Below, one piece after another: positions 43,829-53,499 of a DNA stretch of 53,499 nt (the first letter of the stretch is position 1; every line of letters begins with the position of its first letter). Source of the stretch: a virus (Duplodnaviria; Caudoviricetes); the IMG/VR virus record IMGVR_UViG_3300001041_000004, positions 1 through 53,499 of that record; one strand, written 5' to 3'. The translations under genes and the position numbers were made by a program. The notes under the pieces were generated by a model. The model did not search any database and was not told the origin of the DNA. It worked only from the letters and a program-made list of their open reading frames with translations.

Positions 43829-44252
43829 TTGTGAAGAAGGGGATTTAATCCTTACGTTAGAACCAAAGGTTCAACGATTTATCCATTTGTACACTACAGG
43901 TCAATACACTCTAGCAAAGTTAGCTCAATTGCTTGATGTAGGTCATAACACACCCACACGTTGGATGAAGAATCCAGTGGTGAAACAGGTTATTGAGGAA
44001 ATGCAGTTAGGTACTCATGACATTGTTACAACACAATTAAAAGCCCTTACGCTGAAAGCGGTGAATAAGTTATCCGACTTAACGCAATCTCCCATTGATG
44101 GGGTTGCACTTCAAGCAGTTAAAGATATTTTGGATAGAGCAGGACACAAAGCTAAACAAGAAATTAAGATTGATAAAACGGTTCACACATTTGAGGAAAA
44201 GATGAGCCGCCTAATTGATGAAACGATACTTGATGGGGAGGTAATTGAATAA
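43749..44252 (+). CDS. Terminase small subunit (HTH type)
   Basis: HTH 'LAKLAQLLDV...TRWMKNP'; 'ALQAVKDILDRAG' TerS-like motif; upstream of TerL. Confidence 0.7.
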   Translation: MVSLTPTKKESPTTQLLPIPNSLKEDDCEEGDLILTLEPKVQRFIHLYTTGQYTLAKLAQLLDVGHNTPTRWMKNPVVKQVIEEMQLGTHDIVTTQLKALTLKAVNKLSDLTQSPIDGVALQAVKDILDRAGHKAKQEIKIDKTVHTFEEKMSRLIDETILDGEVIE

Positions 44253-44476
44253 TGGGATTTGGTTATGCGTTAGATTGGTTAAAAGATGGTATGTCAGTTT
44301 ATCGTGAAGGTTGGAACGGTAAGGGTATGTGGTTAAAACTTCAAAATCCCGATGCACACTCCAAAATGACGTTACCGTATATTTACATGCGTACTGCTGA
44401 TGGGAACCTTGTGCCTTGGTTAGCATCACAGACCGATATACTGGCAAGTGATTGGCGTATTAGGTATGCAGACTAA
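44252..44476 (+). CDS. tad2: DUF2829 / Thoeris anti-defence Tad2-family protein
   Basis: FG.AL..LK.G..V.R.GWNGKGM...PYI...VPWLASQTDILA.DW signature. Confidence 0.8.
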   Translation: MGFGYALDWLKDGMSVYREGWNGKGMWLKLQNPDAHSKMTLPYIYMRTADGNLVPWLASQTDILASDWRIRYAD

Positions 44477-44539
44477 CACATAATTAACAATATATACTAA
44501 TTGTAACCCTCATGTTATAATATACGTGGGGGTGATTTT

Positions 44540-45061
44540 ATGGCAATACCATATGAGCAACGTGTTGGTGAAAAAATTAATAAGCTCAAAATTTTGGAAC
44601 TTATTGGTAAACGTCATAATGGTCATAGAGTTAAGATAATGTGTTTGGTTGAATGTGAATGTGGTACAAAGTTTGAAACTTTAATTGAAAGTGTTGTTAG
44701 TGGTCAAACAACTAGTTGTGGATGTAATCGTAAAAAACACGGTAATTCTGCTCAAAGAAAAATGTATAATAATTATAAAAATGGTGCTAAAAGTAGAGGG
44801 TATTCTTTTGAATTAACTCAAGAAGAGTTTGTTTTTATTTCATCGTCTTATTGTCATTATTGTGGTGCCGAACCATCTAATGTTAAAGAAATGTATGGTG
44901 ATACTTTTGTTATAAATGGTATTGATCGTATGGATAATACAATTGGTTACACAATAGGTAATTCTTTACCTTGTTGTTCTATTTGTAATCGTGCTAAGGG
45001 TATTCTTTCTTATGATGATTTTTTAGGTTGGATTGAGGCGATAAAAGAATGGCAAAGTTAA
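44540..45061 (+). CDS. HNH endonuclease (Cys-rich, homing type)
   Basis: CECG, SCGC, CHYCG, GIDRMDNTIGY..GN..PCCSICN.AK; AT-rich; own TGTTATAAT extended -10 just upstream. Confidence 0.85.
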   Translation: MAIPYEQRVGEKINKLKILELIGKRHNGHRVKIMCLVECECGTKFETLIESVVSGQTTSCGCNRKKHGNSAQRKMYNNYKNGAKSRGYSFELTQEEFVFISSSYCHYCGAEPSNVKEMYGDTFVINGIDRMDNTIGYTIGNSLPCCSICNRAKGILSYDDFLGWIEAIKEWQS

Positions 45062-46800
45062 CAAAAGAACAACTTTTTTTTTATAAATTAAGAAACGATA
45101 GATGTTGGTATATTGAAACTTTTCTTCGTATTAAAAATAAATCGGCTGTTATTGTTCCTTTCAAGTTAAATGTTGCTCAAAAAATTGTTATGAAAATTGT
45201 TGAAAGCGATATTAAACAAGGTAAACCCTTGCGTTATATTGTATTAAAGGCTCGTCAAATGGGTTTATCAACATTGTTTGAAGGGTTAATTTTTCAAGAT
45301 ACTGCTAATAACGATAACAAAGCTTCTTTAATTATTGCACATGAAGAATCTGCATCGTCTAACTTATTTCAAATATCGAAATTGTTTTATGAGGAAATGC
45401 CTGAACTAATTCGTCCGATGAAAAAGTACTCCAATGGTAAAATCCTTAGCTTTGAGAATCCTGAAAGTGATGAAAACGTTAAACAGAGTAATCCGGGGTT
45501 GAGAAGTAAGATTACCATTGCTACAGCCGGTACTGGTGAGGTGGCACGTAGTGCTACCTATCACAATGTACACGCCTCAGAGGTGGCATTCTTTCCCGAT
45601 GCAAAGACAACCATGTTAGGACTCATGCAATGTGTACCAGATTTACCGAATACGTTGGTGGTGTGGGAAAGTACCGCCAATGGAGTGGGGGACTTTTTTC
45701 ACGATCAGTGGCAAAAGGCTGTACGCGGTGAAAATGAACTTACGCCGATCTTTCTAGCATGGTTCGTTGACCCAACGTACTCTCGTCCCTTCACATCAGA
45801 CACAGAACGAGATCAATTTCTATCAGAAATTAATGCTGTATCAAGGGATAGTAGTGGTGTAACAATGCACACCTATGAATATGAGTTAATGAAGGCTAAA
45901 AGCCTTACGTTAGAGCAAATGAATTGGCGTAAATACACCATTGCTAACAAGTGTCAAGGTGATGAGATGTTGTTTATGCAGGAATATCCCTCAACACCTG
46001 AAGAAGCCTTCATTTCAACAGGACGTCCTAAATTTAGCATTAAATCCCTTAAAAAGTACCAAACGATTAGTAAAAAACCCTTATTTGTGGGGTATTTAGT
46101 GGAAAATGATCAAGGAGTCTTCTTTCAAGACGATCCCAAAGGGTATATTGCTATTTGGAAGAAACCTGAAGAGGGAGTTTCTTATTCGATTGGTGCTGAC
46201 GTGGCAGAAGGTCTTGTACAAGGTGACTATTCTTGTGGTGTGGTTGGTAATAGTGATACGTTTAACGTGGATGCTATGTGGCATGGTAAGATTGATCCTG
46301 ATTTGTTTGGACTTGAACTGGTTAAACTTGCCAAGTATTACAATCAAGCGTATCTTGGCGTAGAGAATAACAATCATGGTGGCACAACATTAAACACGAT
46401 TAAGAAGGCTGAATATTGGAACCTCTTTTTTAGTAAGAGTTACGATAAGATTAATGATGTGCAAACCACAAAGGTCGGTTGGACAACCTCTCCACGAACA
46501 AAACCGTTTATGATTGATAAATTAGCCGAGTTCCTTCGAGAGTGTTATTTAGGGATTTATTCTGATGTGATTATCTCTGAGGCCTTCACTTATATTATTG
46601 AGGATAATGGTAAAACAAATGCCCAAGGTGGCTGTAATGACGATACTATCATGGCACTTGCCATTATGTTACAATTATTATTGGAAGGAAAAGGAGAAGA
46701 TTACACACCGGAAGTTCCCATTGAACAAAGAGAAAGTAAGCCTAGAGATATACTTGATCCTTTGTTTGAAAGTGAAGAAGTACACGAAGTAGCAGAATAG
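45049..46800 (+). CDS. terL: Terminase large subunit
   Basis: LKARQMGLST Walker A, HASEVAF Walker B, ESTANG, GADVAEG..GDYS, VENN, DD.IMA nuclease motifs. Confidence 0.96.
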   Translation: MAKLTKEQLFFYKLRNDRCWYIETFLRIKNKSAVIVPFKLNVAQKIVMKIVESDIKQGKPLRYIVLKARQMGLSTLFEGLIFQDTANNDNKASLIIAHEESASSNLFQISKLFYEEMPELIRPMKKYSNGKILSFENPESDENVKQSNPGLRSKITIATAGTGEVARSATYHNVHASEVAFFPDAKTTMLGLMQCVPDLPNTLVVWESTANGVGDFFHDQWQKAVRGENELTPIFLAWFVDPTYSRPFTSDTERDQFLSEINAVSRDSSGVTMHTYEYELMKAKSLTLEQMNWRKYTIANKCQGDEMLFMQEYPSTPEEAFISTGRPKFSIKSLKKYQTISKKPLFVGYLVENDQGVFFQDDPKGYIAIWKKPEEGVSYSIGADVAEGLVQGDYSCGVVGNSDTFNVDAMWHGKIDPDLFGLELVKLAKYYNQAYLGVENNNHGGTTLNTIKKAEYWNLFFSKSYDKINDVQTTKVGWTTSPRTKPFMIDKLAEFLRECYLGIYSDVIISEAFTYIIEDNGKTNAQGGCNDDTIMALAIMLQLLLEGKGEDYTPEVPIEQRESKPRDILDPLFESEEVHEVAE

Positions 46801-46811
46801 GAGGTGTTAAC

Positions 46812-48812
46812 TTGTATGATTTGATCGACAACGATGCTGATGAAGTAACACTGGCAAGTGATTGGAACTTTAAGTTTAAAGATGCTATGGTTCACAAAGC
46901 ACCTTATACCAGAAAATGGTTAATGTATATGGATGCTTATATGGGTGATTACTTTAAGAATGCTGCGTTACCGGATTATAAATCGGATTTGGTTAGTAAT
47001 TACATTTTCTCCGTTGTGGAAACGATACGACCCATTATGTTAGACAATAACCCGAAATTTCTTTCAATGCCTAGGCAACCAGAAGGTATGAAGTTTGCTA
47101 ACGATCAACAAGAAGCCTTTATGTATGAATGGGATCGAGAGGATATGTCTGCCAAACTATATAAGGAATTGGTTAATACACTAGTGTTAGGGACAAGTGT
47201 ATGGTTTATTCCTTGGGATAGTGATGAAAAACAAATCAAAGGAATACCTGTCAACATCTATAACATTTTCCCTGATCCACTAGCAACCAGTTTTGATGAT
47301 GCTGAATATATTATTTATGCCTCATATCGTAATGTGAACAAACTTAAGAAAATGTTTCCTACTAAGGCAAAAAAGTTAACTGGTGGTCAAATTAATTATA
47401 CGGAATTGGTACAGGATAATTCACGGAATGCTCGGATTGATAATCAAGTGTTGGTACTTGAAGTATGGACAAGGGACTATGATACCTATGAAGAAGTGTC
47501 TGAAAAGGAAAAGACGGTTAAGCTTAAATACCCTCATGGTCGTGTGATTACACTTTGTCCTGAACTTGGTACTGTTCTTTCAGATAAGGCCAATCCTTAT
47601 AATGATGGTGAATTTCCCTTTGAAATGATTAAGGATTATGATTTGCCGGGTAAGTTTTGGGGTGAAGGGGAAGTTGCACAATTATTGTCTCCACAGAAGT
47701 ATTTAAACCAGATGAACAATGCAATCTTAGATAATGCCAAGTCAACGGCGAATATGCCATGGATCATTGATAAGAACTCCGGTGTAAAGATTGGAGGAAT
47801 TACAGCAAGGCCGGGACTTGTTATTCGCAAGAACCCGGGTAGTGAGGTAAAAAGAGATCAACCACCTAGTATGCCTAACTATGTTATTAATGCTGTAGAA
47901 ACGTACAAGGCAGATATAGAACAAATCAGTGGCGTTTATTCTTCGTTGAAAGGTGAAAACTCAACCGGTGTTTACACCGCTCAAGGAATCTTAGCACTTA
48001 AGGAAAGTGGTCAAGTTCGTATTCGTCTTAAAGTAAAATTGATGGAAGACAGTCTTGGTAAGATTGCTATGAAGTGGAATTCACGTATGAAACAGTTTTG
48101 GAAAGAGGATCGTTGGATTATGATTACTCGTCAAGACGGTTCGTATGATATGAAGAATTTCACAAAGAATGTTTTAAAATATGACTATGATACAAAGGTA
48201 TCGTCTGGATCAACGATGCCTGTAAATAGGGGTGCAATGCTTGACCTTATGATACGTTTGGCACAAACTCAAATGCCGGATGGTCAACCTTTGGTTGATA
48301 GGGAAGCGGTAGTTGAATATTTACCTGAAGAGATTAAAGGAGCACTCCTACGTCGGATGGGTGATAAACAACAAATTGTTGAACAACAATTGCAAGAAAT
48401 GCAACAAGCGTTAGAACAATTGGGTCAACAGTTACAGCAGTTTGCGAAACAAGATCAGCAAGATGATAAGGCCACACTAAGTACTCTTGATCAACTCACA
48501 TCAGCTATTGAGTCGATAAATGCAAAAATTATACAATTGCAAGAAGAGTATGATACGATGCAACAAGAGAAGAAAAAAATGGAAGAAACAGAGAAGATTA
48601 AAACAATGTCTTACAATCAAGGGTATACGGATTCTGAAAAATTGTACGATCCTTCTCAACAAAGTAATCCGATGATGGGACAAGAAAAAACTCAAGTGGG
48701 TGGACTTGATTCATTACCGGATGATTTGTTAAAGGGGATTAACGGTATGAATGATGAAGAGTTTAAACTTTTGATGAGTCAAAACCCACAGTTAATGGAT
48801 TTGATTAAGTAA
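46812..48812 (+). CDS. Portal protein (podovirus type with C-terminal coiled-coil barrel)
   Basis: Follows TerL; 'FWGEGEV..L..PQ..LN', 'EQISGV', 'TAQGI'; Q-rich coiled-coil C-terminus. Confidence 0.88.
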   Translation: MYDLIDNDADEVTLASDWNFKFKDAMVHKAPYTRKWLMYMDAYMGDYFKNAALPDYKSDLVSNYIFSVVETIRPIMLDNNPKFLSMPRQPEGMKFANDQQEAFMYEWDREDMSAKLYKELVNTLVLGTSVWFIPWDSDEKQIKGIPVNIYNIFPDPLATSFDDAEYIIYASYRNVNKLKKMFPTKAKKLTGGQINYTELVQDNSRNARIDNQVLVLEVWTRDYDTYEEVSEKEKTVKLKYPHGRVITLCPELGTVLSDKANPYNDGEFPFEMIKDYDLPGKFWGEGEVAQLLSPQKYLNQMNNAILDNAKSTANMPWIIDKNSGVKIGGITARPGLVIRKNPGSEVKRDQPPSMPNYVINAVETYKADIEQISGVYSSLKGENSTGVYTAQGILALKESGQVRIRLKVKLMEDSLGKIAMKWNSRMKQFWKEDRWIMITRQDGSYDMKNFTKNVLKYDYDTKVSSGSTMPVNRGAMLDLMIRLAQTQMPDGQPLVDREAVVEYLPEEIKGALLRRMGDKQQIVEQQLQEMQQALEQLGQQLQQFAKQDQQDDKATLSTLDQLTSAIESINAKIIQLQEEYDTMQQEKKKMEETEKIKTMSYNQGYTDSEKLYDPSQQSNPMMGQEKTQVGGLDSLPDDLLKGINGMNDEEFKLLMSQNPQLMDLIK

Positions 48813-48866
48813 ATTAAAATTGGAACAAAGTTACTGCAAGGTAACATTCCAGAGGAGAGTGTTGAA

Positions 48867-49625
48867 TTGAATATTACTCAATATCGTGAATTAGTGGCAC
48901 AGGAAGCCCTACAAGCTGCTAATCCTGCTGTAGAAGTTAAACCTGAAGTGATTGCACCAGTAGTAACGGAAGAACCCATTAAAACCCCTCCTGTGGCTCC
49001 TGAGAAGATTACAGTTGATGGTGAAGAGTTTACCATTGAAGAGTTAAAGAATGGTTATCTTCGCCAAAAGGATTATACTCAGAAAACCCAAGAGGTTGCA
49101 AGACAACGTGAAGAGAGTAAAGAAGCGATTGCTTTTTATGAGCATTTGAAACAAAACCCTCAGTTGGCAGAACAAATCAAACAAGTGGCACCGGTTCCAA
49201 CTCAGCTTGATCCAGCAATGGCTAGAGTTGCTGACCTTGAAGCAAAGTTGTACGACATGAAGTTGGAACGAGATATTGAGGTATTGCAAAATAAATACCC
49301 TGACTTTGAAATTCGTGAAGTCATTAAAATGGCTCAAGAGAAACAGATTGTCAATTTGGAAGATGCCTATCATTTGATTAAGTCAAGCAAACCAGTAACA
49401 CCTGTTGATACAGAGGCACTTAAACGAAGCATAAGGCAAGAAATCTTAGCTGAGTTAAAACAGGAAGGTATTAGCACTCAAACACTTATTTCTTCAAATG
49501 ATGGAACAGCACATATTCCTGATAACAAACCAAGTATTTCTCCTGATGAGCAAAAGGTTGCTCGTATGATGGGATTAACTGAAGCAGTCTACGTCAAGTG
49601 GCGTGATGCTTCAACTAGAAAGTGA
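48867..49625 (+). CDS. Capsid scaffolding protein
   Basis: 'VDGEEFTIEELKNGYLRQKDYTQKTQEVA' scaffold motif; between portal and capsid. Confidence 0.85.
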   Translation: MNITQYRELVAQEALQAANPAVEVKPEVIAPVVTEEPIKTPPVAPEKITVDGEEFTIEELKNGYLRQKDYTQKTQEVARQREESKEAIAFYEHLKQNPQLAEQIKQVAPVPTQLDPAMARVADLEAKLYDMKLERDIEVLQNKYPDFEIREVIKMAQEKQIVNLEDAYHLIKSSKPVTPVDTEALKRSIRQEILAELKQEGISTQTLISSNDGTAHIPDNKPSISPDEQKVARMMGLTEAVYVKWRDASTRK

Positions 49626-49645
49626 TAGAAAAGAGGGTGATACGT

Positions 49646-50641
49646 ATGGATTTTATATTTGATCTTCAACGGTTTGCTGTCCCTGTACAACCAACTGTTG
49701 ATAATGCGTTTAACTACACTACGGATGATGTAAAAAACAAGACCAATTTTGGTATGTTGCTTGAACCCGGTCTTCGTAAGATTTTCTTTGAAACGTATGA
49801 TGAATTGCCGGAACAGTTTGCCAAGGTTTACAATGTGGCTGATTCTACAAAAGCTATGGAACACGATTGGGGCATGGGTGCCTTTGGTGATTGGGATAAG
49901 CGTGGAAGTCAGTTTGATGTGGTTTCCTACAAGAAACTGTCTCCCGGTTTGAAACGTGACTATATTCACGAAGCATTTACCCAAGGATTCATGATTACTC
50001 GGGAAATGTACGATGATGAACAATACCGTCAAATGGAGAAAATGCCAAAAGCAATGGCACGATCTGGTCGTGCTAAGGTAGAGAAAGATGCTATGGTTCC
50101 CTTGCTTACTGGCTTTGTTACAGACATTTACGATGGTAAGAAGTTGTTTGCTGCGGATCATCCATTACTTGATAACGCTGCTAAGGTTGGTAAGAACTTG
50201 GCAACGGGTGCCTTGACGGATGTAAATCTTAAGAAGGCTTTGCAACTAATGAGAGAGACATTGGATGAAGCAGGGAACTTGGTTCAGTTCAAAGCAACTC
50301 GCCTTATCATCCCTCCGGCTCTTGAGGATACAGCCATTCGTATCTTGAAAACCGTACAAGTTCCGGGTGGAAACCTGAATGATACAAACACCTTCCTTAA
50401 CTCCTATGGGATTGAAATTGTTGTCTTGGATTACCTTGGTCTTGCATCGGGTGGATCGGATACTGCATGGTTCTTACAGGATGCTTCTAGACATGAACTT
50501 AACTTCTTCTGGCGTGTACGTCCTGAGTTCAAATGGGAAGAAACTTTCGATGACTTCATGAGTAAATATCGTGGTTATATGCGTTACAGCATGGGAGTAT
50601 CGGATTGGCGTGGACTCATGGGTAGCACAGGAATTGGCTAA
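49646..50641 (+). CDS. Major capsid protein (Mu gpT-like family) with N-terminal Prp-type leader
   Basis: ITREMYDD.QY, DGKKLFAADHP, LIIPPALE, SDTAWFL, DWRG..GS; starts MDFIFDLQRFA after GAGGGTG. Confidence 0.92.
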   Translation: MDFIFDLQRFAVPVQPTVDNAFNYTTDDVKNKTNFGMLLEPGLRKIFFETYDELPEQFAKVYNVADSTKAMEHDWGMGAFGDWDKRGSQFDVVSYKKLSPGLKRDYIHEAFTQGFMITREMYDDEQYRQMEKMPKAMARSGRAKVEKDAMVPLLTGFVTDIYDGKKLFAADHPLLDNAAKVGKNLATGALTDVNLKKALQLMRETLDEAGNLVQFKATRLIIPPALEDTAIRILKTVQVPGGNLNDTNTFLNSYGIEIVVLDYLGLASGGSDTAWFLQDASRHELNFFWRVRPEFKWEETFDDFMSKYRGYMRYSMGVSDWRGLMGSTGIG

Positions 50642-50661
50642 TTCAGCTAACTAAATAGGAG

Positions 50662-50925
50662 GTGGTTTATATGGCAGATCGTTTTGTAGCTATGGAGAAG
50701 TTTGCTAAAGTTGCAAGTGCGGCTGAGGGTACAGCAAATGCTGTTGTGTTTTCTTGTCCACTTTATGCTCCTGTAGGGATGATTCCCACAGTGCTTAAAG
50801 TGACATCAGGTGCTTTGTATGTAACAGGGGTTACGTGTTTGTACGATGCAACAGCTAAGACAATTACAGTAGCCGGTACTGATATTACAGAAGGTGATAA
50901 AGTATCCGTTCTAGCGTTTGCGTAA
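50662..50925 (+). CDS. Small beta-rich virion protein (capsid decoration-like)
   Basis: AGGAGGTG RBS; follows the capsid gene, precedes a terminator. Confidence 0.5.
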   Translation: MVYMADRFVAMEKFAKVASAAEGTANAVVFSCPLYAPVGMIPTVLKVTSGALYVTGVTCLYDATAKTITVAGTDITEGDKVSVLAFA

Positions 50926-50936
50926 ATTAAATAAAT

Positions 50937-50970
50937 AAGGGGGTGGTGAAAAATCCACCCCTTTTTGTTT
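50937..50970 (+). terminator. Rho-independent terminator after the capsid genes
   Basis: AAGGGGGTGG-TGAAAAAT-CCACCCCTT followed by TTTGTTT. Confidence 0.8.
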
Positions 50971-50987
50971 GGATAGGAGTGATAAAA

Positions 50988-51209
50988 ATGGCAAATAGAA
51001 CAACAGATATAAATGGTCATCCGATTAAGTTAGTTGATTTGGGTGATGGTACCTTTGGTATTGCAACATCTGAAGTTGCCATGGAAGGGTTTGGTGCAAC
51101 GGTTGCAACAAGACCTGCCGCAACAACGGTACCGATTGGGTTTGCTTGGATGAGTGTAGCGACACAAGAAGTGTGGCAAAGTGATGGAACGAATTGGGTG
51201 GTGGTATAA
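50988..51209 (+). CDS. Small virion fibre-associated protein
   Basis: AGGAG RBS; 'G..ATRPAA..V.IG...WQSDGTNWV' motif; TAATG-coupled to the fibre gene. Confidence 0.55.
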   Translation: MANRTTDINGHPIKLVDLGDGTFGIATSEVAMEGFGATVATRPAATTVPIGFAWMSVATQEVWQSDGTNWVVV

Positions 51210-53499
51210 TGGGTATTATTGATTTAAAGTTTGCAAAGAAATACATTGATTCAAAAGTTAGTTCGTTTATTGATCCTTCAGCTATTGATGTTGCTAGAGC
51301 TGGATTAGTTCGTTCACAACGTCATTCTGGGGTTATCGATTATAAACCTATTGTCACAGGATCAACAACGAATTTGAATAGTATTACCATTCCTGAAACA
51401 ACGTATTCTGTGAATGGGTATGAAATTACTATGCCTTTGACGGTTATTACATTACCTATTGCTCCTGCAAATGTTGGAGAGAAGTGGGAAGATTTTGTTC
51501 TTTTTGAATCATGGTTTCCTTCAACCGGAAATGGATATGCGATAAGTGGTCGATACAGAACGGTATCAAATGTTAACTTTACTACCTATCCTGATGGTGT
51601 AAATGATACGGTTAATGTAAAAGCATGGGGTGGTAATGTTGCCAATACTGCATTGACGTATGCAATGGGTAGTGTTGATAAAGGAGTTTATGTTTCTGGA
51701 AGTGGGAGTGCAGGAGATAAAGCTACTCTCTTAACCTATGATGGCTACTCCTACGCAATTCCATTATTTAGGGTTAAAAGACGGAATTCATCGGGTTTCA
51801 GTCCTGCTAATCCGAATGGGGGTAGGAATTATTTTTCACTTACACCTACAGCACAATCTCCTAATCCTGTAAATAGGAATAGCGTAACAACAATCACCGT
51901 AAGTTCTGGTGCCTCTACACTTCAAATAGGAGACATAGTTACACTGGCTAACTACACATATCTTACACTCAAAGTAGAAAGCATTGTGTCAGACACGCAA
52001 TTTACTGCAACTTATTTAGGCATTGATTCCACATGTGTTGTATTGGGTAATCAAATTATCAAATCTAGTTTGTTAAATATGCACCCCCAATCCCTCTACT
52101 CCAACGTCATCGACCAAAGAGACATCACAGACTTGAGACACGAAACAAAAGCTCAATATAATTATGATTACATCCTCAAAAAAGCAGATGATCAATTCAA
52201 GCGTGGAGAACTTTCGCCTAAGAAAATGCTGACTGAGCATCATGGTATACCTAAGACAGAGATAGATGGGAACACTGTGTTTTATGCTAGTTTGGATGGG
52301 ACGTTAGTACCCGAATTTCCTTTAGGCAGTAGTGCTATGAATCTTGGTACAGGGTCATTTAAACCTATGCCTACTGGGAGTGGGTATAAGTTTAATGGGG
52401 ATAGTGCCTTACTTCTAGACGTTAGTGGAATAAGCGTGAATGATGGTTCGATTGGGTTTGAAGTGAACACGGTAGATTTAAAAAATGAAACTGCAAGTTT
52501 TCCTATAGCAGTTTCAATTAGAGATTCAAGCGATACGCAAGTGTTTTCTGTAATCTATGGAAAATCTGTTAATGTCTTATATTTGGAAGAGAAGTATACT
52601 GATAGCACAACGGTTTCTACCCCTAGTAATTATACTTTGTCAAATATGCCCTATCTTAATATTTGTGCATCATGGGATAGCATTAATTTATATTTACGTG
52701 TAAACGGTAATTTAATAGGTACTGTTGCAAGAAAATCGAATACTCTATGGAAAATTCCCGCCAAGGTACGCTTTGGTTCCTCAAATCTTAAATCTACCCT
52801 CTCAAACATCTCAATCTCCAACATCGACCGTGGCTCACTATTCCCCAATCTCCCTCCCGACTTCATCTCAGGTGACGCTATCATAATGCCAGCATACACC
52901 GACCAAAGACGCATTTTATCGGAAGCTCAAATGAGTCAAACAGTCAATTCTATTGTAAAATCGACAAATTTGTTAAATAGTCATGGAATTAATCGTGTAG
53001 TAATTGGTACTCCTAATACTTGGAGTGCTAGTGATACTATTACTGTAACAGGTATGGCAGGAGAATTGATTTCTGGAGTGTTTGATGAGGGTACTGCTTT
53101 GGCTAAGGTCACTTATATTAGTGGTGAAGGAACAACGAGTCTCTCATATAAAGCAGAGAGCGTATCTGGAATCTCTGTAGGTGACATTGTAGTCCCTGTA
53201 TATGGTGATACTTGGGCTCCATCAAGTGCCGTTTTTACAATCACTAGTGTTGATACGGCAACTAAAATAATTAACGTTACATCAAGTGTAACCATTATTG
53301 TAGGCTACGGTATAAGAATCGCTTATCTAGTTGAAACAACAACTGCATCCTCAGTCCCATTGGCCTACCACATGGTAGCAGGAGTCAAAACAGCAGTAGT
53401 AGGAACATGGGCAACACTTGGAACAAATGTAGCAACATTTACATTAGGAACAAATGCAGGACTTGTAGCACAGGATATTCAGATTGATTATTCCTTGAT
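51209..53499 (+). CDS. Tail fibre / receptor-binding protein, 5' part (open to window end; includes a LamG-like segment)
   Basis: ATG overlaps the upstream stop; MGIIDLKFAKKYIDSK...YAIPLFRVKRRNS...; LamG-like 'ICASWDSINLYLRVNGNLIG'; in frame with 1..2127. Confidence 0.75.
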   Translation, partial: MGIIDLKFAKKYIDSKVSSFIDPSAIDVARAGLVRSQRHSGVIDYKPIVTGSTTNLNSITIPETTYSVNGYEITMPLTVITLPIAPANVGEKWEDFVLFESWFPSTGNGYAISGRYRTVSNVNFTTYPDGVNDTVNVKAWGGNVANTALTYAMGSVDKGVYVSGSGSAGDKATLLTYDGYSYAIPLFRVKRRNSSGFSPANPNGGRNYFSLTPTAQSPNPVNRNSVTTITVSSGASTLQIGDIVTLANYTYLTLKVESIVSDTQFTATYLGIDSTCVVLGNQIIKSSLLNMHPQSLYSNVIDQRDITDLRHETKAQYNYDYILKKADDQFKRGELSPKKMLTEHHGIPKTEIDGNTVFYASLDGTLVPEFPLGSSAMNLGTGSFKPMPTGSGYKFNGDSALLLDVSGISVNDGSIGFEVNTVDLKNETASFPIAVSIRDSSDTQVFSVIYGKSVNVLYLEEKYTDSTTVSTPSNYTLSNMPYLNICASWDSINLYLRVNGNLIGTVARKSNTLWKIPAKVRFGSSNLKSTLSNISISNIDRGSLFPNLPPDFISGDAIIMPAYTDQRRILSEAQMSQTVNSIVKSTNLLNSHGINRVVIGTPNTWSASDTITVTGMAGELISGVFDEGTALAKVTYISGEGTTSLSYKAESVSGISVGDIVVPVYGDTWAPSSAVFTITSVDTATKIINVTSSVTIIVGYGIRIAYLVETTTASSVPLAYHMVAGVKTAVVGTWATLGTNVATFTLGTNAGLVAQDIQIDYSL
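53420..53499. repeat. 80-bp direct terminal repeat (copy 2)
   Basis: Identical to bases 1-80. Confidence 0.97.

Noticed and set aside
1-53499. Lysogeny module (integrase, repressor, partition genes)
   Set aside because: None recognised in an apparently complete genome

Overview
The window is a complete, circularly assembled tailed-phage genome of about 53.4 kb. Bases 1-80 repeat exactly at 53420-53499, and a ~1445-aa tail-fibre gene reads in frame across the join. The host is most likely a Bacillota (Firmicutes) member, judged from strong GGAGG ribosome-binding sites, sigma-A-type promoters, a Prp protease, an LQxFA capsid leader and an XkdX-like gene. No integrase or repressor is evident, so the phage is probably lytic. 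Two arms diverge from a ~1.2-kb non-coding region (~42.0-43.2 kb). The + arm carries terminase, portal, scaffold, capsid, tail fibres, adaptor/nozzle, a lysis cassette and ejection-type proteins up to 2448 aa; there is no tape measure or sheath, so the virion is podovirus-like. The - arm carries early genes, replication genes (SSB, DnaB, primase, DnaE) and nucleotide-metabolism genes (ThyX-like, class II RNR, dUTPase, DUF1599). The top candidate for an undescribed system is a phage-encoded ubiquitin-like conjugation operon at 31.7-36.3 kb: a Ubl with a KG-NSN tail, a multidomain E2, a JAB/JAMM peptidase, a ThiF/E1 and a protein with three SH3-like repeats resembling MIB/HERC2 domains (possible E3/adaptor). 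Structured intergenic RNA lies between the Ubl and E2 genes, and a 143-nt tRNA-like ncRNA lies just downstream. Also notable are twin covarying hairpin elements heading each divergent arm, a Tad2-family anti-defence gene and a phage Prp protease whose cleavage motif is present on the capsid protein. All calls come from reading motifs by eye; no searches were run.
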